Of a stretch of DNA of 50,920 bases, positions 33,852 to 43,600 are shown one piece after another (the first letter of the stretch is position 1; the number at the start of each line of letters is the position of its first letter). Origin of the DNA: a virus (Duplodnaviria > Caudoviricetes). A model generated the notes under the pieces. The model did no database searches. It was not told where the DNA came from and worked only from the letters and a program-made list of their open reading frames with translations. Position numbers and translations under genes: made by a program. The stretch covers positions 1 to 50,920 of the IMG/VR virus record IMGVR_UViG_3300048578_000034; one strand, given 5' to 3'.

Positions 33852-35015
33852 ATGGCCAACACGCTTACCAACCTCGTGCCCGATATGTACGAGGCTCTCG
33901 ACGTCATCTCGCGCGAGATGACCGGCTTCATCCCGGCCGTGTCGCGCTCCTCGACCGTGGCCCGAGCCGCGCTGAATGAGAACGTCCGCGTTCCCATCAC
34001 CGGCGACGCCACGACTGCCGCCAACACCCCTGGCGTCACCGCGCCTGACACTGGCGACGGCGAGATCGAGAACGTCGCTGTCACCATCTCCAAGTCCAAG
34101 CACGTCCCCGTGCGTTGGAACGGCGAGGAGACCCGCGGCCTTCAGAACGCCGGCACCTTTTCGACCATTCAGGCTGATCGCTTCTATCAGGCGATGCGCG
34201 CCCTGGTGAACGAGATCGAGGCTGACCTGTTCACTGAGGCCTACACCGCGGCGTCCCGCGCCTATGGCACGGCCGGCACGGCGCCCTTCGGCACTGCTTC
34301 GGATCTGTCGGACTTCGCCGGGGTGCTTCGCATTCTGGAGGAGAACGGCGCGCCCCCGAATGACCTTCAGCTTGTGCTGGGCCATGGCGCGATGGGCAAC
34401 CTTCGCGGCAAGCAGTCCAGCCTGTTCAAGGTCAATGAGGCGGGCTCTGCCGACATGCTGCGTAATGGCATGACCGATCGCATCATGAGTTTCGCGATCC
34501 GCCACTCCGGCCAGGTCTCGCAGCACGTCAAGGGCGCGGGCGCGGGCTACGACGTCAACCTGTCGGCGGGCTACGGCGTTGGCGACTATACCATCGCCTT
34601 GGACGGCGGCACGGTGAATACGACCGGCATCAAGGCTGGCGATGTCGTGACGTTCGCGGGTGACGACAACAAGTACGTCAACAGCACGAGCCTGGTCGCC
34701 ACCTCCGGCGATCTGATCCTGAACCGCCCGGGCCTCCAGGCCTCGCTGGCCAATGCGACCGAGCTGACCATCGGCAACAGCTACACGCCGAACGTCGCGT
34801 TCGCCCGTTCGGCAATCGTGCTTGCGACCCGCGCCCCGGCCCTCCCCGAGGGTGGCGACTCGGCCGACGACGCCATGATGGTCACTGACGAGCGCACCGG
34901 CCTTTCTTTCGAAATCGCCGTCTATCGCCAGTTCCTTCAGACCGTCTACCACGTCCGTCTGGCGTGGGGCTTCAAGGCCATCAAGGAAGCGCATATCGCG
35001 ACCCTGATGGGCTAA
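33852..35015 (+). CDS. Major capsid protein (P22 coat-like)
   Basis: Strong AAAGGAGG RBS; MANTLTNL.P...ALDVISRE; insertion domain IKAGDVVTFAG. Confidence 0.9.
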   Translation: MANTLTNLVPDMYEALDVISREMTGFIPAVSRSSTVARAALNENVRVPITGDATTAANTPGVTAPDTGDGEIENVAVTISKSKHVPVRWNGEETRGLQNAGTFSTIQADRFYQAMRALVNEIEADLFTEAYTAASRAYGTAGTAPFGTASDLSDFAGVLRILEENGAPPNDLQLVLGHGAMGNLRGKQSSLFKVNEAGSADMLRNGMTDRIMSFAIRHSGQVSQHVKGAGAGYDVNLSAGYGVGDYTIALDGGTVNTTGIKAGDVVTFAGDDNKYVNSTSLVATSGDLILNRPGLQASLANATELTIGNSYTPNVAFARSAIVLATRAPALPEGGDSADDAMMVTDERTGLSFEIAVYRQFLQTVYHVRLAWGFKAIKEAHIATLMG

Positions 35016-35030
35016 GGCGCCCAGGACTAA

Positions 35031-35057
35031 GCGGCCGGGGCCTCGCGCTCCGGCCGT
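35031..35057 (+). terminator. Stable hairpin after the capsid gene (weak terminator or mRNA stabiliser)
   Basis: 11-bp stem GCGGCCGGGGC/GCTCCGGCCGT, pyrimidine tail without a T run. Confidence 0.5.
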
Positions 35058-35084
35058 CTCTCCCCTCAAGCCGAAAGATAACCC

Positions 35085-35366
35085 ATGGCCGAACTGCCCA
35101 CCGTCATGATCCGCAAGGCCAACAAGTGGGGCTATGCGATCATCAACGCCGCCGACTTCGACGCGACACGCCACGAACTGTTCGATGCGCCGGCCGCGAG
35201 CGATGAAGACGACGCGCCCGCTACTGTTCCCGCCGATTGGGAGGGGATGCACTGGAAAAAGCGCGTCTCGCTCGCCAAGCACCTGACCGGCCAGGAAGCG
35301 GCCAACGCTGACCATGCCGACGAACTGATCCGCGCGCACATCGCCGCGGCGACGGCTGAGGCCTGA
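35085..35366 (+). CDS. Hypothetical head-region protein
   Basis: IINAADFD...HELFD plus VPADW helical C-domain. Confidence 0.7.
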   Translation: MAELPTVMIRKANKWGYAIINAADFDATRHELFDAPAASDEDDAPATVPADWEGMHWKKRVSLAKHLTGQEAANADHADELIRAHIAAATAEA

Positions 35367-35368
35367 CC

Positions 35369-35794
35369 GTGGAAATCGTGTACGGCCGCAGCCGTCACCC
35401 CTTGGCGGACGGAAAGACCTTCCGCAACGCCCGGTTCTTCGACGGCCCGGTCGATGGCGCCACCCGCGTTTATCTGCTGGAGGAGGCCCCGGAGATCGCC
35501 GCCGCCTATGAGCGGATTGGCGTTGAGGTCGTTCACGTCACCGCGCGGGCCGATCCGAAGCCGCCCGCGCAGGCGCCTGTGAGCCTGACGCCCGCCGTCG
35601 CCGATGATGAGCGCGGCGCGATCTACATTCCCGACGATTGGGCCGCCCTGCCGTGGTCACGCCCGACTGAAGATCGCGATCTGACCCTTCGTGGTCTCTC
35701 GGCGATGTTCTCTGCCGAGCCCGTGCTGAACAAGGCTGAGGCCAAGGCCGCGATTGAGGCGGAACTGGCCAGGCGCGAGCAAGTCACCGCGTGA
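35369..35794 (+). CDS. Hypothetical head-region protein
   Basis: GTG start; IPDDW helical C-domain. Confidence 0.7.
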   Translation: MEIVYGRSRHPLADGKTFRNARFFDGPVDGATRVYLLEEAPEIAAAYERIGVEVVHVTARADPKPPAQAPVSLTPAVADDERGAIYIPDDWAALPWSRPTEDRDLTLRGLSAMFSAEPVLNKAEAKAAIEAELARREQVTA

Positions 35795-36228
35795 GTGTCG
35801 TCGCATATAAGGATGGCGTTATGGCCGCCGATGGTCGCGCCTGGGGTGGACGCTACAGCAATTCGCCGGGCGGCAAGGCCAAGGCTCACCGCCTTGACGA
35901 CGGGACGCGCGTTGGTGTCGTCTCTGCCGTGGTTGGAATGCCCGAGCGGTTCATCGCTTGGATGAAGGCCGGCGCAGAGCCAAAGGAATGGGGCGAGGGC
36001 GCGCCTGACCTCAAGGCGCTGATCGTGAAGCCGAACGGTGACGTCTTCCTGGTGGAGGACTCGGTCTGGTTTAGCGGGCCGATCAAGACAAATTGCCATG
36101 CCATCGGGTCTGGCGGGGATTATGCCCTCGGCGCCATGGCCGCCGGTCTAACCGCGCCCGAGGCCGTCGCTGTGGCCTGCGAACTTGACGCCAACTGCGG
36201 CCCGCCGATCCTTGTTCTGGAGCCCTAA
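35791..36228 (+). CDS. Proteasome-beta/HslV-like Ntn hydrolase
   Basis: SVVAY.DGVMAADGR, K, AIGSGGDYALGAM, AVAVACELD. Confidence 0.75.
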   Translation: MSVVAYKDGVMAADGRAWGGRYSNSPGGKAKAHRLDDGTRVGVVSAVVGMPERFIAWMKAGAEPKEWGEGAPDLKALIVKPNGDVFLVEDSVWFSGPIKTNCHAIGSGGDYALGAMAAGLTAPEAVAVACELDANCGPPILVLEP

Positions 36229-36230
36229 CC

Positions 36231-36764
36231 ATGGCCTTGACCGTTGAGACTGGCGCGGGATTGGCCGACGCAGACGCCTTCGTTTCGGTAGCCGATTGCG
36301 ACGCCTATTGCGAGGCGCGCGGCCTGACCGATTGGACCGGCGCCGCGGACTCTCCGGCAAGCATCAAGGAGGCCGCTATTCGCCGCGCCACGGCCCATCT
36401 CTCGACTGGCTACCCTTGGATGGGCCTGCGCCGCCGTGGCCGCCTACAGGCCCTTGCCTGGCCCCGGACGGACATTGTTGACCGCGAGGGCTACAGCGTG
36501 GCCTTCGACGCCCTGCCGATTGAGCTTGTCCAGGCCTGTTGCGAGATCGCAGCGCGTGAGGTGGCGACGCCCGGCTTCATGACGCCCGACGTTGTGATGA
36601 TTGACCGGGTCCGCCGTGAAAAGGTGGGATCGCTGGAAACCGAGTATGCCGACGTTGGCGCCTATCCAGAGGCGGCCAAGCCTGTCGTGTTCGTGGTCCG
36701 CGAGCTGATCGGCCAATACCTCAACAGCAGCGGCGGGATGTATTCGGGCGGGGTTGCTCGGTAA
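36231..36764 (+). CDS. Head-tail adaptor (DnaT-like family)
   Basis: MALTVETGAG..DADAFVS, QALAWPR, REKVGSLETEY. Confidence 0.85.
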   Translation: MALTVETGAGLADADAFVSVADCDAYCEARGLTDWTGAADSPASIKEAAIRRATAHLSTGYPWMGLRRRGRLQALAWPRTDIVDREGYSVAFDALPIELVQACCEIAAREVATPGFMTPDVVMIDRVRREKVGSLETEYADVGAYPEAAKPVVFVVRELIGQYLNSSGGMYSGGVAR

Positions 36765-37123
36765 TGACGACTGCCAACTATGCCCGTATGAAGGCGGCCG
36801 CAGATCGGCTCATCGCCAAGTTCGGCCAGGCCGCCACGCTTCTCCGGCCGACCAGCACCGGGACCGCGTTCAACCCGACCCCGGGCGCGCCGGGTGAATA
36901 TCCCATCACGGTTGTCGTCGAGGTCTTTTCCTTCCGCGAGATCGACGGGACCAGGATCAAGCGCGACGACCTGAAGGTGTTGCTCGCGAAGGACGCTCTG
37001 ACCGTCGAACCCACGACCAGCGACCGGCTTTTGATCGGCGGCGCGGAATATGCCATCATGGACGTGCGGCCCGAGAACCCGGGCGGAACGCTTCTGATGT
37101 GGACGATCCAGGCCCGCCGTTGA
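36764..37123 (+). CDS. Head closure protein
   Basis: RLIAKFGQ...IDGTRI...D; position in the neck module. Confidence 0.75.
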   Translation: MTTANYARMKAAADRLIAKFGQAATLLRPTSTGTAFNPTPGAPGEYPITVVVEVFSFREIDGTRIKRDDLKVLLAKDALTVEPTTSDRLLIGGAEYAIMDVRPENPGGTLLMWTIQARR

Positions 37124-37347
37124 CCGACCCCAGCCACACCGCCCACCAGAAGCCGTCCAACCTAGCGACCGCCTCGCTGGTGGAACTGATCGGCCGCATG
37201 GCCCAGGTCCAGGCCGCGGTGATCCGCAACGACAGCCCCGAGGAGATCGCGGTCATGCGCCAGCAGATGCACGACGTCCTCGACGCCTATCTCGACCTAT
37301 CCGTCGAGGCCGCCCAGCTCGTCAGGGCCATCGCGCACCCGCGCTGA
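37120..37347 (+). CDS. Hypothetical protein
   Basis: TTG start overlapping the upstream stop; helical. Confidence 0.55.
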   Translation: MTDPSHTAHQKPSNLATASLVELIGRMAQVQAAVIRNDSPEEIAVMRQQMHDVLDAYLDLSVEAAQLVRAIAHPR

Positions 37348-37351
37348 TCCC

Positions 37352-38389
37352 ATGGCCCGCACGCCCTCGCAACAGCGCCTGTTCGACGCGCTGCAAACCC
37401 GCTACGGCGCCGAGGTGGCCCGCGCCTTTCTGGCGGCCATCGACGACCTGACGGCGTCGGCCGACCTTCAACGCATGATCGCGGCCATCCAGGCCGGCAA
37501 CATCGAAGCCGCCATCGCCGCGATGAACCTCGACGACGCGGCCTATGGCCCCCTGCTGAGCGCCCTGGAAACCGCATACCGGGCCGGAGGCGATGCGACC
37601 GTCTCAACCCTACCTGTCCTGCGGGACTCCTCTGGCGCTCGGGTCATCGTCCGCTTCGACGCCCGAAACCCGCGCGCTGAGGCCATCCTGCGGGAGCAAA
37701 GCTCCGGCCTTGTGACCCGCATCCGCGAGGAGCAGCGCGACGCCATCCGCCAAGCCCTGGAGGCGGGGCTTGTCCGGGGCGACAATCCCCGCACAACGGC
37801 CCTGGACGTGGTCGGCCGTATCGACCGGGCTACAGGCAAAAGGACTGGCGGCGTGGTCGGCCTGACGCAGCCGCAAGAGATCGCGGCCCGGCGTGCCCTG
37901 GAGGAGCTTCGCAGCGGCGACCCTGCGCAGATGCGAGCCTATCTGGAGCGCAAGGCCAGGGATCGCAGGTTCGACCGGGCCGTGGCCAAAGCTATTCGGG
38001 AAGAGAAGCCCCTGGACGCCGCGACAGCCGCCCGGGCCGTGGCGCAGCACCGGAACCGCCAACTGAAACTGCGCGGGGATCTGATCGGCCAAGTCGAGAC
38101 ATTCACCGCCCTGGCTGAGGCCAGGCATGAGGCCTACGAACAAGCTATCGCGGCCGGCAAGGTCAGCGCGACAGCCGTGATCAAGACCTGGCGCCACTTC
38201 ACCGCCGACAATCCCCGGCTCCAACACGTCGCGATGCAGGGCCGTAAGGTGCTGTTCAACCAGCCCTTTATCCTGCCGGACGGGACGCAGATGCGTTACC
38301 CGCACGACCCCCGGGCGCCGATCAAGCATCGCGCCGGATGCCGCTGCCAAGCCGACTATCGTATCGACTTTCTCGCCGATCTGAGGTGA
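37352..38389 (+). CDS. MuF-like minor head protein
   Basis: KTWRH...R..H...G...F...MRYPHDP...GCRC C-terminus. Confidence 0.82.
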   Translation: MARTPSQQRLFDALQTRYGAEVARAFLAAIDDLTASADLQRMIAAIQAGNIEAAIAAMNLDDAAYGPLLSALETAYRAGGDATVSTLPVLRDSSGARVIVRFDARNPRAEAILREQSSGLVTRIREEQRDAIRQALEAGLVRGDNPRTTALDVVGRIDRATGKRTGGVVGLTQPQEIAARRALEELRSGDPAQMRAYLERKARDRRFDRAVAKAIREEKPLDAATAARAVAQHRNRQLKLRGDLIGQVETFTALAEARHEAYEQAIAAGKVSATAVIKTWRHFTADNPRLQHVAMQGRKVLFNQPFILPDGTQMRYPHDPRAPIKHRAGCRCQADYRIDFLADLR

Positions 38390-38395
38390 CGCGCC

Positions 38396-38839
38396 ATGGC
38401 CCAAGGCTCCTTTTCCGCCGCCGTTTCGGAGTGGGTGAAGGAGACGAAGGCCAGGCAAGAGGCGGTGTTCAAGGAGTCTGCCCAGCGCGTCGTCGAGGTC
38501 ATGCAGACCCCTGTGTCACAAGGCGGCAATCTCCCCGTCGACACGGGGTTCTTGAGAGCGTCCCTGACCGGAATCCTTGGCGGCGGGTTGCCCATCGCCC
38601 GGGACAACCCGACGGGCGGCGGCTCGTTTTCCTACACCGGCGAGCAGATCAACCTGGTCATCGCCTCGGCTGATATCGGCGACACCATAACCGTCGCGTA
38701 CGTCGCCCGGTACGCGGTCCACGTTGAGTATGGCGCTCAAGGTCGCCCGGCCCGCCGCTTCGTCGCCCTGGCCGCCCAACAATGGCCCAGCATTGTCCAA
38801 GACGTGACGCTTGAGGCTAAGGCCCGCGCAGGAGGCTGA
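38396..38839 (+). CDS. HK97 gp10-like neck protein
   Basis: PVDTGFLRAS, YAVHVEYG. Confidence 0.85.
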   Translation: MAQGSFSAAVSEWVKETKARQEAVFKESAQRVVEVMQTPVSQGGNLPVDTGFLRASLTGILGGGLPIARDNPTGGGSFSYTGEQINLVIASADIGDTITVAYVARYAVHVEYGAQGRPARRFVALAAQQWPSIVQDVTLEAKARAGG

Positions 38840-38841
38840 TC

Positions 38842-39252
38842 ATGGCCGCATACGCCGATATCGTCCTGGCCCTGCTGACCCGCGTAAGCACGCTCTCCAC
38901 CGGCTCGCCGACGCTTCCGGTCGCCTATCCCGAGGACGCCGGCGGCTTCACCCCGCCGACCGATGGGAAATACCTGGACGTGGCGGTCTTTTCTAACCGA
39001 CCCCGCTTCGAAGGCCTCAACGCCGGCCGCATCGATCAAGGCATCCTACAGGTCGCGGTCGTGTGGCCGAAAGCCAAGGGCCTGATCCAGGCCAGCCAGA
39101 TCGCGGACCTGATCATCGACCACTTCGCCAGCGGCACGCTCATGCGCTCCGGTTCGGCCAACGTGAAGGTCTCGGGACAGCCCTATGCCGCGTCGCCCCT
39201 GTCTGAGGCGACCGAGCTGCGCATCCCGGTTTCTATTCCCTGGACGGCGTGA
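38842..39252 (+). CDS. Tail terminator protein
   Basis: VAYP...FTPP, GILQVAV..P..G; precedes the tail tube gene. Confidence 0.8.
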   Translation: MAAYADIVLALLTRVSTLSTGSPTLPVAYPEDAGGFTPPTDGKYLDVAVFSNRPRFEGLNAGRIDQGILQVAVVWPKAKGLIQASQIADLIIDHFASGTLMRSGSANVKVSGQPYAASPLSEATELRIPVSIPWTA

Positions 39253-39317
39253 CCGTCTGAGGGCCGCCCGCGCCGCGCTCTGGGCAAGCGCATCCTCACC
39301 ACCAAAGGAGCTCACGC

Positions 39318-39800
39318 ATGAGCATCACGACCAGCCAGGGCGCCACTATTTCCATTGGCCCCGTCAACAACGACGCCGACGATGAAAGCGCCTACGCCGC
39401 TCTCAGCTATGTCGCTATCGGCGAAGTCGAAACCATCGGCGAGTTCGGCGACAGCGCCCAAGCCGTCACCTTCACCAGCCTGAGCGATGGCCGGGTCCGC
39501 AAGCTCAAGGGCTCGTTTGACGCCGGCGACCTCGCCCTGACCGTGGCCAACGACCCGCTTGATGCTGGTCAGATCGCCCTCGTGGCGGCCTCCCGCACCA
39601 AGTTCTCCTACGCGGTCAAGGTGGTCCTGTCTGACGCGGCCGACACCAACGACACCGACTCGACGTTCTACTTCCGCGCCAAGGTCATGACCCGCCGCAT
39701 CAACGCTGGTGGCGCCAATGACATCACCAAGCGCGCCTTCACCCTCGGGATCGACAGCGAGATCGTCGAAATCCCGTCTGAGGTTGTGTCCGGCGTCTAA
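39318..39800 (+). CDS. Major tail tube protein
   Basis: AAGGAG RBS; IGEFG...KLKGSFDAG...DAGQ. Confidence 0.85.
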   Translation: MSITTSQGATISIGPVNNDADDESAYAALSYVAIGEVETIGEFGDSAQAVTFTSLSDGRVRKLKGSFDAGDLALTVANDPLDAGQIALVAASRTKFSYAVKVVLSDAADTNDTDSTFYFRAKVMTRRINAGGANDITKRAFTLGIDSEIVEIPSEVVSGV

Positions 39801-39874
39801 GACCGGCCGCCCCAAAGCTTCCACCCCTCAACTTCAAGCGCCGGTCGCGCCGGCGTGCTCTTTAGGAGCCTCCC

Positions 39875-40297
39875 ATGGCTGATCTCTCTGCGTTCCAAAC
39901 CGGCGACGCCTACGACCCGAACGAAATCTTCGACCTGGAGCTTCGCGGCCCCGATGGCGCTGCGCTGTTCAACGACGACGGCTCGCCCATGACCATCGGC
40001 GTGATCGGTCTGGACAGCGATGAGGCCGTCCGCAACCGCCACCTTCAGACCAACCGCCGGATTCAGCAGGGCCAGCGCGCCAAGGTGACGTCGGAGGGTT
40101 TCGAGGCCGACGCCACCGTGTTCCTGGCCAAGCTCACCAAGCGGTGGAACATCACCATGGGCGGCGCCAAGCCTGAATACGCCGAGGCTACGGCTCGGGA
40201 GCTGTACGCGAACCCGCGCCTGGCCTTCATCCGCGAGCAGGTCGACGGCGCCATCGGCGAGCGCGCCAATTTTACGAAGGCCTCGCCGGCGACCTGA
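39875..40297 (+). CDS. Tail assembly chaperone (G-like)
   Basis: Between tube and tape measure genes; ends IREQVD...ANF. Confidence 0.8.
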   Translation: MADLSAFQTGDAYDPNEIFDLELRGPDGAALFNDDGSPMTIGVIGLDSDEAVRNRHLQTNRRIQQGQRAKVTSEGFEADATVFLAKLTKRWNITMGGAKPEYAEATARELYANPRLAFIREQVDGAIGERANFTKASPAT

Positions 40298-40659
40298 TCG
40301 CATGGGCCGAGGCGGTTCACGACAAGAAGCGGCGGGGCGATCCTCCGTCGTTTCCCGTCGAACTTGAGGGCGTCTGGAGCGCCTACCGGGACCTGGCTGC
40401 CACAAGGCCGACCGGCATGGGGCCAAGCCCCGTCACCTATCTCGAAATCGACGCCTATCAGCGCCTGACATTCGCCGGCCTCACGGCTTGGCAAATCGCG
40501 CTGATCCGTCGCCTGGACGACGCCCTCCTAGCCGTCTTCCAGCGCAACAGCGCCAAGCCCACCGAAGACGAGCCGGCCGCCGAGGTCCCCGTGACTGACG
40601 CGCGGGCTCTGAAGGGCATGTTCCGCGGTCTCGCCGCATCCCGCACCGCCAAGCCCTGA
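40273..40659 (+). CDS. Tail assembly chaperone frameshift extension (T-like)
   Basis: -1 frame open from the TTTT run at 40270..40273 to the stop at 40659; GMGPSPVTYLEIDAY. Confidence 0.7.
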   Translation, partial: YEGLAGDLIAWAEAVHDKKRRGDPPSFPVELEGVWSAYRDLAATRPTGMGPSPVTYLEIDAYQRLTFAGLTAWQIALIRRLDDALLAVFQRNSAKPTEDEPAAEVPVTDARALKGMFRGLAASRTAKP

Positions 40660-40677
40660 TCACCTGGAGGACCGCCG

Positions 40678-43600
40678 TTGGCTGATCTCGCAACCCTAGG
40701 GCTTGTCTTCGAAACGCGCGGCGGCGAACAGGCCGCCCGCGTCCTCGATCAGGTCGAACAGAAGGCCCGCGGGGCTGAGCGGGCGACCGACGGCCTGTCC
40801 AGCAGCTCGCGCGGCGCCGCGTCGGCGACCGAACAACTCCTCGCGGCCATTCAGAAGAGCGTGGCCCAAATGGAGGCCATGATGCGAGCCCAGGCCGGAG
40901 CTGCGGCTTCAGCCAACGATCTGGCGCGAAACCAAGGCGCGGCGAACGCGGCCGTGGTCCAGGGCTATTCGGTAAACACGCGATACACCGCGTCCTTCAG
41001 CAGCATGTCGGCGCAGATCTCAGAGGCGACCGCGAACACCCAAAGGCTGGGGATGGCCACCCGGCAGGCGGGTGAGGCGGCTGAGAGCGCGGCCATGGAC
41101 TTCGCGACCATGTACGACGCGCACGACCGCAACTTCGCGGTGCAATATGCGGCGGCCATGAATGCGGCGACCGCGTCCACCGCAAGCCTAGTGGGGGGGC
41201 AGCACCGTCTAGCGGCCGGTTCCCGCTTAGCCACCCATGAAATGATCAACCTGTCTCGCCAGCTTGGCGACGTGGCGACCATGGCGGCCATGGGCGCGAG
41301 CCCGCTCATGATCCTCACCACCCAGGGCGCGCAGGTTGGGGAAATCTTCGGCATTGCCCGCCAGCGTGGCGTCGGCTTCACCGCGGCCCTTGGGCAGATG
41401 GGCGGGGCTATCGGCGGCATTCTGGTCAAACTCCTCCCCGTCACTATTGCCGTAGGAGCCGTCACCGGCGCCTTCGCCCTATTTGAGCGCGCGGTGGACA
41501 AGAACACTGAAGGCGCGACGACCTGGGGTCAGACCTGGCAGGCGACCGTTAACGTGGTCGGCGCCGCGATTATGAACGGCCCCATCGGCGAGGGCCTGAA
41601 CTGGCTTGGCCGCATGTTCGGGGCCACCCTGGACGCGATCACCGGCGCGGTCCTGTCGTTCGCCGATCAGACGGTCGGCGTGTTCGGCGCGGCCTATCAG
41701 CTTATCGTCCAGAACTGGCGCCGGCTACCCCAGGTCTTCGGGGTCCTGATGCAGGCCACGGCCAACGCCGTCATTGGCCGCCTGGAGACCATGATCAACA
41801 CCGGCATCGCCGGCATAAACGTGCTGCTGAAGGCCGCCGATATCGACCCGCTCGGGACGGTCCTGCTGCCCCGGGTCAAGGTGGCGAACGCCGAGCTGGC
41901 GGCCGATTTTGAACGGCTGGCCTCCTCGATTGAAGGCAGCTTCCGAGGCGCGCGCGAGGGCTTCCTGGCCAGCATTGTGGCTGAGACCGAACGGCTGGCC
42001 AAGGCGACCGATGACGCGACCGACGCCTCGGGACGACACGCCAAGGCGGTGGCCGATCAGGCGCAGGCCCTTGAGACGGCCAACCCCGCGATTGAGCAGT
42101 CGATCCGCAACCTGGAAATGCTGGCGCAGCGCAACGCCGACCTCACCATGAGCCCGACGCAGAAGGCTATGGCCGAACAGCGCCGCCTCATGGCTGAAGC
42201 CGAGGCTGGCGGCTTGGCGGACGTTATCAGCGCAACGCAAGTCCTGACGGATATCGAGGTTGAGCGCGCCCGGGTGCTTGAGGCGATCAGCGGGACCCTG
42301 ATCACCATGCCCGACAGCATCCGCCAAGGCGTCGGTGAGTCGGAGACTCTTCTGGATCGCTTCGAAGAGATCGAGGCGGCGACGCGCGGCATCACTTGGG
42401 CCGTCGACGACGTGGCCCGGGCTATCGAGAACAAGGACTGGGCTGGGGTCTTCGCGGGCCTGCTGCGCACCCTGGAGCGGGTCAAGGAACTCTGGAACAG
42501 CAACCAGCCTGGCGGGAAGATGTCGGCCACCGGCGCCGTGCTTGGCCAGGTCGGCGGTGCGGTTGGCGGGACCGCTGGAACCGTCATCAGCGGCATCGGT
42601 TCGGGTTTCTCGGCCGCGGGCGCGGCTGCGGGCATGGCCGGCATGGGCGGGCTTGGCGGCGCTATTGCGGGCATGGCCGGCCCCATCGGCATCGCGGTCG
42701 CCGGCTTCTCCATCCTGTCCAAGGTTCTGAGTGACGGCGCGGCGAAGCGTCGGGCCAAGGCCGAACAGGAAGCCAACGACATCGCCCGGGCGCGCCAGAT
42801 CGCCGAGGAGCGGGCGAACAAGCGGGCCGAACTGGAGATCGAACTCTTGCGGGCGCAGGGCGATGAGATCGCCGCCCTGACCCGTGAGCGCGAGAACGAG
42901 CTGAAGGCCCTCGATAGCGTGTCGGCCGCGATCCAGCGCCAGATCTACGCCCTTGAGGACTGGCAGAAGACTGTCACCGACGCCGAAAGCGCCGTGGCCC
43001 AAGCCGAGGCCGACCTTCGCAGGGCCTATGACACCGAACGCGACCGGCTGCTGGGCATCATCGGCGGTGTGGATGAAGCGCGCCAGGCGCTGGAACAGGC
43101 CTATAGCCGCGAGAAGGCCGCTATCGAGGCGACAGTCAGCGGCGTTGAGGGCCTGATCGAAAGCCTGCGGGACTTCCGCCAGGAGCTGAACCTCAACCCT
43201 CTGGCGCAGGGATCGCTTGCGCAGGGCAGGGGCGCCGCCCTGGCGCAGTTCCAGGCCGCCGCGCCTGGTGACGCCCCTGGAGCCGGTCGGGCCTTCCTCG
43301 ACGCCTCTATGGCCTCGGCAAGGACCGCTCTGGACTTCCAACGGGACCGCGCCCTCGTCGCCCGCGCTATCGACGACATGACGGCCACGGCTGAGATGCA
43401 GCTCACCGACGCCGAAAAGCAGCTTGCGGCCCTGGACAAACAGGTCGCGGGCCTTCTGGCGGCCAACGACAACTTGCTTTCGGTTGAAGCGGCGATCCGC
43501 AACCTGGAGACGGCCGAACAAGCCGCCGCGGTCGCCACGGCCCAACTCGCGGCCCTTGATGCGCAGGTCGGGGCGCTGATCAACCTCAACGCCGGCTTCA

